In this document: one piece after another, positions 36,398-44,881 of the stretch
Layout of the letters: each line of letters starts with the position of its first letter
Position numbering within the stretch: position 1 is the first letter of the stretch
Origin: Nanobdellota archaeon
GTDB taxonomy: Archaea; Nanobdellota; Nanobdellia; Parvarchaeales; Parvarchaeaceae
Reading direction: 5' to 3'
DNA: 64,000 nucleotides
Assembly: GCA_021818905.1 (NCBI GenBank)
Contig: JAKASS010000001.1
Location: 15,648 to 79,647, forward strand
Made by a program: the position numbers and the translations under genes
The notes under the pieces: generated by a model
The model's input: the letters and a program-made list of their open reading frames with translations, nothing else
Told to the model about the DNA's origin: nothing
Database searches by the model: none

Positions 36398-37141
36398 TTG
36401 ATTATAGATAATATTATGCCAGCAAAAATAATAGCCGTTATGAGCCCTAAGGGGGGGGTCGGAAAGACGACCGTGGCCGTAAACCTTGCGGCAGCTTTAG
36501 CGAGCATCGGAAAGCGCGTCCTTATAGTAGACGCCAATCTTGATACTCCGCATGTGGCTATATACTATGGATTTATAGGCTACAAAAACTCGCTTGAGGA
36601 CGTATTAAATGGCAACATCCAGGTGGATGAAGCCGTCTACAAAACAGAAAACCAGAATCTTCACATCTTGCCTTCGAGGGTCTTCAAGAATAAAGGGGAT
36701 GGAAACGCACAGTACAAGATAATAAATCTCTTCCATCATCTCGGCAAAGTGGTAGACGATTATGATTTTTTAATCCTCGACTCAAAGCCGTCTTCTAACT
36801 TGGATTTCATAAAACTTATAAAAAATCCTTCTACGCTAATAGTTTCGATGCCGGAAATAGCTTCGATGATAGAAGCAAAAAAACTCAACGAAGAAAGCGT
36901 GGCTGCGGGAGTAAGGGTGCTCGGGATAGTCTTAAACCGGGTAAATAAAAAGATAAGTGGACACATGAACGACGCTGAAGTAAGCAGGATAGTCGAAGCT
37001 AAAAACATATGGAAGATACCGGAGGATGCAAACGTGTTTGACGCGCTTAGGAAAGGAATACCCATCGTATGGCAAAATCAAAAAAGCCCTGCATCAAGAT
37101 CATTTTTAGAACTTGCAAGAGACATAGCCAGCTGGGGATGA
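36398..37141 (+). CDS. minD: MinD/ParA-family P-loop ATPase
   Basis: Deviant Walker A SPKGGVGKTT, DANL, LDSKP switch regions. The likely start is ATG 36416 (MPAKIIAV). Confidence 0.85.
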   Translation: MIIDNIMPAKIIAVMSPKGGVGKTTVAVNLAAALASIGKRVLIVDANLDTPHVAIYYGFIGYKNSLEDVLNGNIQVDEAVYKTENQNLHILPSRVFKNKGDGNAQYKIINLFHHLGKVVDDYDFLILDSKPSSNLDFIKLIKNPSTLIVSMPEIASMIEAKKLNEESVAAGVRVLGIVLNRVNKKISGHMNDAEVSRIVEAKNIWKIPEDANVFDALRKGIPIVWQNQKSPASRSFLELARDIASWG

Positions 37142-37142
37142 C

Positions 37143-37313
37143 ATGGATAGCCATATAGTCAAATGCCCAAACTGTGGTAAGTACAGAAAGACCAGTTCGC
37201 TTAAGGCCGTAAAATGCTTTTCATGCGGAAAATCCGTAGACGTGAAAAAACACATGGTAAGCGAAAGCTCGTACTTAAGGGCTGTAAACAAAAGCGAAGT
37301 AGATTTTGAATGA
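37143..37313 (+). CDS. 56-aa zinc-ribbon protein (below ORF-track cutoff)
   Basis: Hand translation: MDSHIVKCPNCGKYRKTSSLKAVKCFSCGKSVDVKKHMVSESSYLRAVNKSEVDFE*. Starts 1 nt after the minD stop. Confidence 0.55.
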   Translation: MDSHIVKCPNCGKYRKTSSLKAVKCFSCGKSVDVKKHMVSESSYLRAVNKSEVDFE

Positions 37314-37385
37314 GCCTTGGTAGCTCAGTGGTAGAGTACCTGACTCGTAATCAGGGGGTCACGGGTCCAATCCCCGTCCAAGGCT
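37314..37385 (+). tRNA. tRNA-Thr(CGU)
   Basis: GCCTTGG TA GCTC AGTGGTA GAGT, CCTGA-CUCGUAA-TCAGG, ACGGG TCCAATC CCCGT, CCAAGGC T. Confidence 0.85.
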
Positions 37386-37417
37386 ATTGTTAAATATCCG
37401 TATCTCAAAAGTATTCT

Positions 37418-37918
37418 ATGGCTAAGGGACAAGGTACGCTCGAACTGCTACTCGGCTACAGCATAGCTTTCATAATAATCGCTGCGACTTTAGCTATACT
37501 CTTCATATTTTACCCGAATATCTTCGCTACCGCGTCGTCTAGCACTTATTCCGGATTCGCTGGCTTGGTAGTGGCGGGACAGGGGTATTGCAACTCTGGG
37601 TGCAATGCCACGGGATTCTATTATATAAGATTCCAGAATCTCCTAAGTGAAAATATAAACGTGACTAGGATAACCTTTTTAAGTCCTGGCATCGATCAGA
37701 ACTTTTCAGATTGTTACAGTTCGATAGAAAATAGGACGGTGATAAAGAATTCAGCCCTGCCTGACCTATACATACCAAACTTAGGCTATGCCGAATGTAA
37801 TTTTACCATGCTATTGTCGTCACCTTATTCTGCCTCGGTCGATATTTATTACGTTCCTTCGAACGATAGTTATTTAATAAGCGAACCGATAGAAATAGCG
37901 GGGTCTGTCAGCGGATAA
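37418..37918 (+). CDS. type IV pilin-like protein (class III signal peptide)
   Basis: MAKG|QGTLELLLGYSIAFIIIAATLAILF, Q+1/E+5. Confidence 0.7.
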   Translation: MAKGQGTLELLLGYSIAFIIIAATLAILFIFYPNIFATASSSTYSGFAGLVVAGQGYCNSGCNATGFYYIRFQNLLSENINVTRITFLSPGIDQNFSDCYSSIENRTVIKNSALPDLYIPNLGYAECNFTMLLSSPYSASVDIYYVPSNDSYLISEPIEIAGSVSG

Positions 37919-37975
37919 TCGCTCTTAATCAAGAATAATAAGATATTTATATCCTAAGATTTATACTTAAACTTT

Positions 37976-38383
37976 ATGGGGTCATTTAAGTACATAAGAG
38001 ACAACGAAAGGCTGATGTTCAAGGATAAAGCTGCAAAAAGAGCTTTGCTTCTTAACGCGGAAAAAGGTTCGATATTAGAAAGAGTCGAAAGACCTACCCG
38101 GCTTACAAGGGCGAAGATGCTCGGTTTCAAAGCTAAGGAAGGATACATAATAGTGCGGGCTAGAGTAGCTAAAGGAAGCTTTAGACGGCCCAGACCAGTT
38201 CATGCACGAAGACCTAGCAAGACTGGCTTATATTTCAACCTTGCTGTTAGCAAGCAAAAAATCGCAGAGAATAGAGCGCAAAAAACCTATAAAAACATGG
38301 ATGTTCTTGGTTCGTACTTTCTAGTTGAAAACGGCCAGTACAAGTGGTTTGAAGTAGTCATGCACGACTGGGCGATTAAATAA
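37976..38383 (+). CDS. rpl15e: 50S ribosomal protein L15e (short form)
   Basis: ERPTRLTRAKMLGFKAKEGYIIVRARV...RRPRP...NGQYKWFEVVM match L15e. Only 135 aa. Confidence 0.85.
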   Translation: MGSFKYIRDNERLMFKDKAAKRALLLNAEKGSILERVERPTRLTRAKMLGFKAKEGYIIVRARVAKGSFRRPRPVHARRPSKTGLYFNLAVSKQKIAENRAQKTYKNMDVLGSYFLVENGQYKWFEVVMHDWAIK

Positions 38384-38445
38384 GCTACATTTTACATTTC
38401 TCTGCTAAAATCAAAACTTAAATTATACGAGAATCAACTATACTC

Positions 38446-38955
38446 ATGACTGGAAACACCGAGGAATTCATATGGTACGAAGTGCTTTTCGCCCTCATAG
38501 TCGCTCTTGTAGTATTCTTCATATTTTACCAGAATTTCTCGGAAGTGTTCCCTATAGGCTGCAATAATAACAACTTAGTAGAAAACCAATTCTCTCAGGC
38601 ATTGTCCGGTACCCCAAATAGAGAGGAAGGCACGCCGCTTTTCAGATGCTACCTTACTAACGCGTGCTATGATCAGGCTACTGCAAATGTGACCTGCATA
38701 ACTAATTGGTGCGCATACGATTATTGCATAGACGGTAAGTGTTCAAGCGCTTTCCAAACCTGTGTACAAAGTCCTACGACGAGCGTGCTTCAAAACTGTA
38801 AAGTGCTTAATCCGTCAAATACCGCGGCCCTAGAAAACTGTGATCAAAGCACGATAATCGCTGACAATTCAACAGATATACAAAATTGTGACACGAGCAT
38901 ACCGACGTGTATAACCGGGGACGGCCCATCATGCTCCTCCTGTGTAGGCCAATAA
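38446..38955 (+). CDS. membrane-anchored Cys-rich extracellular protein
   Basis: N-terminal TM, then 17 Cys (by hand count) in about 130 aa (CYLTNACYDQATANVTCITNWCAYDYCIDGKC...). Confidence 0.6.
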   Translation: MTGNTEEFIWYEVLFALIVALVVFFIFYQNFSEVFPIGCNNNNLVENQFSQALSGTPNREEGTPLFRCYLTNACYDQATANVTCITNWCAYDYCIDGKCSSAFQTCVQSPTTSVLQNCKVLNPSNTAALENCDQSTIIADNSTDIQNCDTSIPTCITGDGPSCSSCVGQ

Positions 38956-38956
38956 T

Positions 38957-39115
38957 ATGGATAAGAAAGGAAGTGTAGAGTGGAGGATAATATGGATGAT
39001 TATAGTGATAGCCACCGCAATAGTCGCGATATTGATAGTATTGATTTTATATTACGCAAGTTCTAGCAGCGGTTCACCATTTACTTACTTTTCTGGATTG
39101 TTTGGTGGCCTTTAA
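38957..39115 (+). CDS. 52-aa KKG-helix mini-pilin-like protein (below ORF-track cutoff)
   Basis: MDKKG|SVEWRIIWMIIVIATAIVAILIVLILYYASSSSGSPFTYFSGLFGGL*. Starts 1 nt after the upstream stop. TAATG overlap with the next gene. Confidence 0.55.
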   Translation: MDKKGSVEWRIIWMIIVIATAIVAILIVLILYYASSSSGSPFTYFSGLFGGL

Positions 39116-40086
39116 TGGTAGAACAAGGCGTACTTCTTGTCCTTGTATCGCTGATTATAATAGTCATAGGCGGCGTCATACTTTTCGTCTTTAGTATCTC
39201 TTTTGCAACATCTATAGGCGCCACTGACTTCGGCGCTAAATGCTATTTCTCTTTCGTAGAATACAACGTCGTAGACTCGTTTTTGTATCCGGTCTCTTTT
39301 ATATCTTCCGCATTGGTAGGCAAGTCTCTAATAAGCGACCCGATCGCGGCTTCGCAGGTACAGGGAGCATGTACTCAAAATTCGAATGTAAATGCGCAGG
39401 ATACGTCCACTCTCGCCGAACAGATTTATACAAAAGCCGCTTCGTGTTTCAATCTTTTTCAGGGGTCTAATGCGGGTGAAGGAGCAGATATTATATATAG
39501 CGGATTAAACCAGTTGTTTGAATGTTACGCCGGTACGATACTTAACAGTGAGACTCCTGGCAGTGTTACGACTTACAATGAGCTTATAAATTATATAAAT
39601 CAAAACTACCCGAACAATGGAAATCCGCTGCAGATAGTATTCATAACCAATGGAACGGACGGCCTCGCAAATTATACGAACCCTAATGCGCCGGTAGCCA
39701 ATGGTTCTACTTATGTGATATATTATTTCGGTTATCCCAGTACTTTTTCCTTTAGCGCTTCCAAAATCACATTGAACGGGGTCTCCGGTACGGACTGCAC
39801 CCTTAACTTTAACACGCAGTGTGATTATGTCTCGCAGTTCAACGAGCCAGATATCGGTTCTGCGATATGCAATATCGATAATCCCACGGTATACAAGAAA
39901 CTAGGTTCCATAGACAATCCCGTGAGTTCGCTAAGCACGCCGAGCACGCTTTCATATGACCCAAAGGACAACGTTATAGGCGCATGTGAGGATTATGTAA
40001 TTGCTTTCTGTGGCAGATTACTTAATACCATGGTATTAAGCCAGAATAGGGTGTTTGTCTGTATAACAAACAGTGCGCTCGGTTGA
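39115..40086 (+). CDS. membrane-anchored Cys/Asn-rich extracellular protein (paralogue of 40122..41618)
   Basis: N-terminal TM. Shared blocks CFNLFQGSNAGEGADIIYSG and C-terminal NRVFVC. Confidence 0.6.
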   Translation: MVEQGVLLVLVSLIIIVIGGVILFVFSISFATSIGATDFGAKCYFSFVEYNVVDSFLYPVSFISSALVGKSLISDPIAASQVQGACTQNSNVNAQDTSTLAEQIYTKAASCFNLFQGSNAGEGADIIYSGLNQLFECYAGTILNSETPGSVTTYNELINYINQNYPNNGNPLQIVFITNGTDGLANYTNPNAPVANGSTYVIYYFGYPSTFSFSASKITLNGVSGTDCTLNFNTQCDYVSQFNEPDIGSAICNIDNPTVYKKLGSIDNPVSSLSTPSTLSYDPKDNVIGACEDYVIAFCGRLLNTMVLSQNRVFVCITNSALG

Positions 40087-40121
40087 ACCATTATTTATAT
40101 TAAAGACAGTTTAAAATCTAT

Positions 40122-41618
40122 ATGGCTGAGACCGGTGGCGAGAATATTGTATTCCTAATACTCTTCGTCATATTCATATTCGTTATAGTACTTGTTTTTG
40201 CCTATTTCCTTCTTTTTGGTTTCGGATTTACTAATGCGACTTCGTGTTACGGCAGCTCCCAAGTCACAAATTTCTTTTATAACGACCTTTGCATAACCAA
40301 GTTCTTCTGCATAGCTACGACGCTAAATGCAATTGGCATTGGGCCGCCATCGATCGGTTGCACGCCCGCTACACAAAGTTATACGTCTAGTTCTACTACA
40401 GGTCAACTTTTTGCGGGTATAACTGACGCGCTTGGAAATTGTTGGTACCAGTATGGGGCTAATTCCGGCTTAGACGTATTGTATAACGGGCCAGGACTTT
40501 GTAGCATTGTCGGAGTTTCGTTTAACAACCAAAAAAACCTTACTTTTTATAATCTTACGCAATATCTTAAAAGCGCTGCATTCTCAAAACAGATAAGCTG
40601 TCTAAATCATACGTCTGTGCAATCGTGCGCCGATCCTCTAACTTCCTTTAATCCTAATGGATTTAGCTGCGATACCGCCTCGCCGAGCGAGTGTGAGGCT
40701 TACTCAACCGATTATTTTTCATGTGAGAGCCAGCAGGGTTATATTCCTACGTACAGCGGATATGTCCTTCGAAACATATTTCTCAATGATTCCACAAAGT
40801 ACAATATAACAACGGCCACTACTGCTGCAAATAATCTTTCTTCGTATCTTTGCGATGTTTCGCAGGGCTGCTACTTTAATAAGGCTACGCTTAGCTGCAC
40901 TAATGATACTGGCCAGTCGAATGGCTGCAGTCAGGTTTTCACCAATTTCTGTGCGGAGACATCGTATGGCTATGACAATTGCACCGCCCAATACGATGCG
41001 AATACGGGCGATTACGAAGCGCCAGTAGGCTGCACCCTTGTAGAGCCTGTAAATAACGACTCGACCGTTAATGTCTCTTATTTTGATTACCTTGCGCCCG
41101 GTGTAAACCTTATATACAACTACAAAAATAAGACCAGCGGTAAAACTGAATCGGTCGGCCCATATTCAAATGTGAGTATAAACGACGCAGAATTATACCT
41201 AGTCTATCTTAATAGCTTTTCAAATAGTGCGCTTCCACCAAACACCATCTCAATGCCACCAGAATGCGTACCGCAGACTTGGCTTAACAATTATCCGACT
41301 TCAGGGATAGAATATCAATGTACCGAAGCATTAGCGGTTTTCGGTTCGGCTACGACTGGTCTGGCTTTATCTGGCGGCCCGAGCATAGTTACTTTGGGTG
41401 GTCTAGCGGCGACTGGATATCTTTATGGCGCATGCCAGAGGAATAACCTTTGCAACCAGTATATAGATACTACCGCTACAAATGCTGCCTGGACGGCGAT
41501 ATACACGACAAGCGGGTTACAGGGGTGTATGGACTCTCTTTATGCCGGCTTACAAGAACTAGGGGGAGCTAACTTTTTAGGGAGGAATCAGATTTACGTA
41601 TGCGCAGTCGCGGCTTAA
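40122..41618 (+). CDS. membrane-anchored Cys/Asn-rich extracellular protein (paralogue of 39115..40086)
   Basis: N-terminal TM, more than 30 Cys, many sequons. Blocks CWYQYGANSGLDVLYNG and C-terminal RNQIYVC. Confidence 0.6.
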   Translation: MAETGGENIVFLILFVIFIFVIVLVFAYFLLFGFGFTNATSCYGSSQVTNFFYNDLCITKFFCIATTLNAIGIGPPSIGCTPATQSYTSSSTTGQLFAGITDALGNCWYQYGANSGLDVLYNGPGLCSIVGVSFNNQKNLTFYNLTQYLKSAAFSKQISCLNHTSVQSCADPLTSFNPNGFSCDTASPSECEAYSTDYFSCESQQGYIPTYSGYVLRNIFLNDSTKYNITTATTAANNLSSYLCDVSQGCYFNKATLSCTNDTGQSNGCSQVFTNFCAETSYGYDNCTAQYDANTGDYEAPVGCTLVEPVNNDSTVNVSYFDYLAPGVNLIYNYKNKTSGKTESVGPYSNVSINDAELYLVYLNSFSNSALPPNTISMPPECVPQTWLNNYPTSGIEYQCTEALAVFGSATTGLALSGGPSIVTLGGLAATGYLYGACQRNNLCNQYIDTTATNAAWTAIYTTSGLQGCMDSLYAGLQELGGANFLGRNQIYVCAVAA

Positions 41619-42064
41619 ACAAAAAGGGCAGTACCTCAGTAGAGAAGGTAGTGGTAATAATAATACTAGTGGCCTTCGTAGTGATAGCTTTCGTAATCTT
41701 AAGCAACGTTTTCCATTTTTCACTTCTTAGCCTTGGCAAAAGCGTGCCAACGCTTACCAGCCAGCCAGCCGATTGCGGCTTGACTATAATCAATCAGTTT
41801 AACACCAGCCAATCATGCATATACACGCTATCCGTATCGGATGGCAGCCCAGGGCTTACTTATACCCTATATAACAACGTAAGCGGCAAAATACAAAGCT
41901 ACGTCGCGGGGGCGAGCACGATAGAATGGAATGCTACGCTGACGAGGGGGCCAACGCAAAGATATTACTTGTATGTTTGCAACACGAGCGGTTCAAATGT
42001 ATCCATAGATGGGTCATTTTATTCTGCGGGCGGATCTGCAGATGTCCTTCTCCCATGCGGATAA
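41600..42064 (+). CDS. prepilin-like protein of the NKKG class
   Basis: MRSRGLNKKG|STSVEKVVVIIILVAFVVIAFVIL (E at +5), beta-rich C-domain. 19-nt overlap with the upstream gene. Confidence 0.55.
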   Translation: MRSRGLNKKGSTSVEKVVVIIILVAFVVIAFVILSNVFHFSLLSLGKSVPTLTSQPADCGLTIINQFNTSQSCIYTLSVSDGSPGLTYTLYNNVSGKIQSYVAGASTIEWNATLTRGPTQRYYLYVCNTSGSNVSIDGSFYSAGGSADVLLPCG

Positions 42065-42065
42065 G

Positions 42066-43595
42066 CTAAACGAAAGGGTTTAGAGTGCCATCATTTTTAA
42101 GGGTCTTAGGATTCTCTTTTATATTTTTTATAAGCTTTTTCATCTTGCTTTCTTTTCTTTTAGAGACCCAGTAATACCCCTCGTCATTAGTCCCTTCAGT
42201 TATAAGTATGAATATTTTGCCCGCATTAAATCTTCCTACCCGCCCTCTTCTTTGTATAGATCTTATACCGCTTGGGATAGTTTCGTAAAAGACCGCTAGA
42301 TCCACACCCTTTATCGACATGCCTTCCTCGCTTACGCTTGTAGAGACAAGTACGTTGTAAACTCCTGCTTCAAAGTCTTTTATTATATTAACCTGCTCCT
42401 TCTGCGAAAGGCCGCCTTTGCCTTGCCCGATGAACTTAACCGGCCTTATGCCTTTGACACGGCTTACCGAATCGTAAATTACGTCTACTGTGTCCCTATA
42501 CTGCGTGAAGACTATCGCCTTCTGATCTGTGGAAAAACCTCCAGAAAATATCTTGTTTATCTCCTCAAGCTTTGGGTGCTCAAGCCCTTCATCCAGTAAC
42601 TTCTTTGATTTTTCGTACATCCATTTTATTTCAACGGTTTTTACTAGTTCTTTGTCGGTTTTTGACGTGCCTTCCTTGATCATCTTTTCAAGAAACCTGT
42701 TGAATGCTCCTACGCTTTGCGTAGAGATTAGATTGAGTGCATGGTATAATTTCAAAAGCTTTGAAGTGATTATTATGCCTCTTATGGTATAGAAATTTCG
42801 TTTCCCAGAAAACATGCGTGCCTGCAGGCTTTTCTGCAGCATGAGTATCGTCCTTCTGTTTATCCTGTTCGGTGACGCATCCTTGAGAAGGCCAACGTTC
42901 TGAAGGGCAGCGACTTGTTCCTGTATGAATATCTTGAGATAAGAGATTATTTCCAGTATTTCATTTGGCAATTTTAATCTTATCTCCTCGACTGTTTTAG
43001 TTTTTACGTAGGGGGCTACGTCTGGATCGTCTTCTCCTCTTATTTCTACGTTAGAAATCCCGAGATTCCTGCAGATTAGACTTATCTTTTCCTGCTCCGA
43101 AGCCGGAGAAGCCGTCAACCCCAGAATCAAGGGGTGGGCAGATTTTAGCATGTATTCTTTGGCTATTTTTACGTAAGCATAATTCCCGACTGTGTGGTGC
43201 GCTTCGTCTACTATAAGCAAGCTGAAATCCGAAAAATTTATTATGCCGCGCTCTATGTCGTTCTCTACCGTTTGTGGGGTTGAGAAAGTCAGCTGTGAAC
43301 TTTCGTATACATTTTGCCTGTCGCCTTTTTTGGTTTCTCCGCTCGTCATGCCGAGCGAAACATCCATAAGACCGGAGAAAGTCTTGTAATGCTGGTTTAC
43401 AAGTGGTTTCGTAGGCGCCAAAAATAACGTCTTTGAACCCTTATATTTGCTCAGTCTGTAATCCACTACAAGTACGCTTATTACCGTCTTTCCCAAACCT
43501 GTAGGAAGCACGACGAGAGTATTGGAATCCTTTGCGGTTTCGAAGATGTTTTTCTGGTACTCGCGCTCCTCTATTTTTCCTTTTCTGATAAACAT
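42066..43595 (-). CDS. hef: Hef/FANCM-like SF2 helicase (helicase domains only)
   Basis: REYQ, LPTGLGKT, VDEAHH, TASP, ETIPSGIRSIQRRGRVGR. No ERCC4 nuclease domain in the 509-aa product. Confidence 0.8.
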   Translation of the reverse strand: MFIRKGKIEEREYQKNIFETAKDSNTLVVLPTGLGKTVISVLVVDYRLSKYKGSKTLFLAPTKPLVNQHYKTFSGLMDVSLGMTSGETKKGDRQNVYESSQLTFSTPQTVENDIERGIINFSDFSLLIVDEAHHTVGNYAYVKIAKEYMLKSAHPLILGLTASPASEQEKISLICRNLGISNVEIRGEDDPDVAPYVKTKTVEEIRLKLPNEILEIISYLKIFIQEQVAALQNVGLLKDASPNRINRRTILMLQKSLQARMFSGKRNFYTIRGIIITSKLLKLYHALNLISTQSVGAFNRFLEKMIKEGTSKTDKELVKTVEIKWMYEKSKKLLDEGLEHPKLEEINKIFSGGFSTDQKAIVFTQYRDTVDVIYDSVSRVKGIRPVKFIGQGKGGLSQKEQVNIIKDFEAGVYNVLVSTSVSEEGMSIKGVDLAVFYETIPSGIRSIQRRGRVGRFNAGKIFILITEGTNDEGYYWVSKRKESKMKKLIKNIKENPKTLKNDGTLNPFV

Positions 43596-44164
43596 CAGAC
43601 ACCTATAGCTTTTCCGCTCTTTATAAGAATATCGGCCACATCTCTATCTATTTCTACAACGTTCGGAAACGAGAAAGGCCCGTAGGTCTTATTGTTCTTC
43701 CACACGAACCGAGGGACGTCGGCTATAATCTTTATGACGACCCTATTTGCATTGTCTTCGGATTCGACTTTTTGCATCTCTTTTGGAGCGACTTCTTTCA
43801 CTTCCCTTATGATTTTGCTTTTATGTCCATTGACAAGCTTCAGCATATTATCGAATAATATCAGTTCTTCCGACGTAAGGTTATTTCTTGCCTGATCTAT
43901 GTTGGTCCCTTGTATGGTCATATTCGCTATCTTTCCCATCCTTGCGGTTATTATCTGGTCTAAGGTGTTTATCGCGTTCTTTATCTGTGTAGATATTTCT
44001 TCAGCCCTCTTTAGGTCATCCATTTTTTTTGCTTCTTCCAAAGACTTTTTATTGATCGCTATGTATTCTTTCATCTCTTCTAGGGTCTCATTAGTCAATT
44101 TTGTAAGCGTCCTATCTTCTTGTTCCTGTCTCCTTATGCGAATGAACTCGCTGTAAGTTATCAT
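43595..44164 (-). CDS. GINS subunit (Gins51-like)
   Basis: Helical A-domain with ...ITARMGKI... and B-domain VIKIIADVPRFV..NKTYGPFSFPNVVEIDRDVADILIKSGKA. Confidence 0.65.
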   Translation of the reverse strand: MITYSEFIRIRRQEQEDRTLTKLTNETLEEMKEYIAINKKSLEEAKKMDDLKRAEEISTQIKNAINTLDQIITARMGKIANMTIQGTNIDQARNNLTSEELILFDNMLKLVNGHKSKIIREVKEVAPKEMQKVESEDNANRVVIKIIADVPRFVWKNNKTYGPFSFPNVVEIDRDVADILIKSGKAIGV

Positions 44165-44212
44165 ATCTAATTATTATCCTGTTCACTGAATATAAGTTTA
44201 TTCTGGTTTGTC

Positions 44213-44401
44213 TCAGCTCGTACTATTCAATCCGCCGGTGACCATATGCGCGAAGCCACCGAAAAAGTTCGATATATCCGTCACTATCGTACCCGGCCCC
44301 ACTAGAAGTATGTAAACCACTACTACCGTTATGCCTAACGCTATCGCTATGATATAATAAAGCGTGGCTTCAGTCACTCCCTTCTTATTAAGTCTCAGCA
44401 T
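44213..44401 (-). CDS. 62-aa NKKG-helix mini-pilin-like protein
   Basis: MLRLNKKG|VTEATLYYIIAIALGITVVVVYILLV... Confidence 0.55.
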   Translation of the reverse strand: MLRLNKKGVTEATLYYIIAIALGITVVVVYILLVGPGTIVTDISNFFGGFAHMVTGGLNSTS

Positions 44402-44405
44402 ATCG

Positions 44406-44549
44406 TTATCCGAACGGGTTTGGAATGGGCGGGAATAGTTTTGCCGCCCCTCCGAAGACTATAAGGTAGAATATCACTATGACTATCCCTATTACGATTA
44501 TTATTATAAGGAGAAGCACGTAATCTGTCACGCCTTTTTTATTAAGCAT
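44406..44549 (-). CDS. 47-aa NKKG-helix mini-pilin-like protein (below ORF-track cutoff)
   Basis: Hand translation: MLNKKG|VTDYVLLLIIIIVIGIVIVIFYLIVFGGAAKLFPPIPNPFG*. Confidence 0.5.
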   Translation of the reverse strand: MLNKKGVTDYVLLLIIIIVIGIVIVIFYLIVFGGAAKLFPPIPNPFG

Positions 44550-44712
44550 ATTTACCGCCGTTAATACTTGCAGCAGAGAAAAAAGAACTAAAAAGATTAG
44601 ATATCTTGTACGGAGAAAAGAATTCCAAGAATATTATTACAAGCAAAATCGCTATTATAAGAAGGATTATGTAAAGAAACGTGCTACCTTGTATAGATGC
44701 TTTCTTATCCAT
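44542..44712 (-). CDS. 56-aa KKA-helix mini-pilin-like protein
   Basis: Internal ATG of track ORF 44542..44772: MDKKA|SIQGSTFLYIILLIIAILLVIIFLEFF... The start overlaps the upstream stop (ATGGATAA). Confidence 0.5.
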   Translation of the reverse strand: MDKKASIQGSTFLYIILLIIAILLVIIFLEFFSPYKISNLFSSFFSAASINGGKYA

Positions 44713-44878
44713 TGCCAAAAAGCCAGCTGAAGGAAAGCGCTTTGAATATCGAGTTCCCCAGACTTGCACCACCGCTGCTGAAATAAAGAGCTATGACTAC
44801 TCCGACAAGAAGCACGATTATCGCTATTACTATAGCTATTATTTCTGTTATCGGCATCTCTCCCTTTTTGTTTACCAT
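44705..44878 (-). CDS. 57-aa NKKG-helix mini-pilin-like protein (below ORF-track cutoff)
   Basis: Hand translation: MVNKKG|EMPITEIIAIVIAIIVLLVGVVIALYFSSGGASLGNSIFKALSFSWLFGNG*. Starts 3 nt after the 571-aa ORF stop. Confidence 0.5.
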   Translation of the reverse strand: MVNKKGEMPITEIIAIVIAIIVLLVGVVIALYFSSGGASLGNSIFKALSFSWLFGNG

Positions 44879-44881
44879 GAT

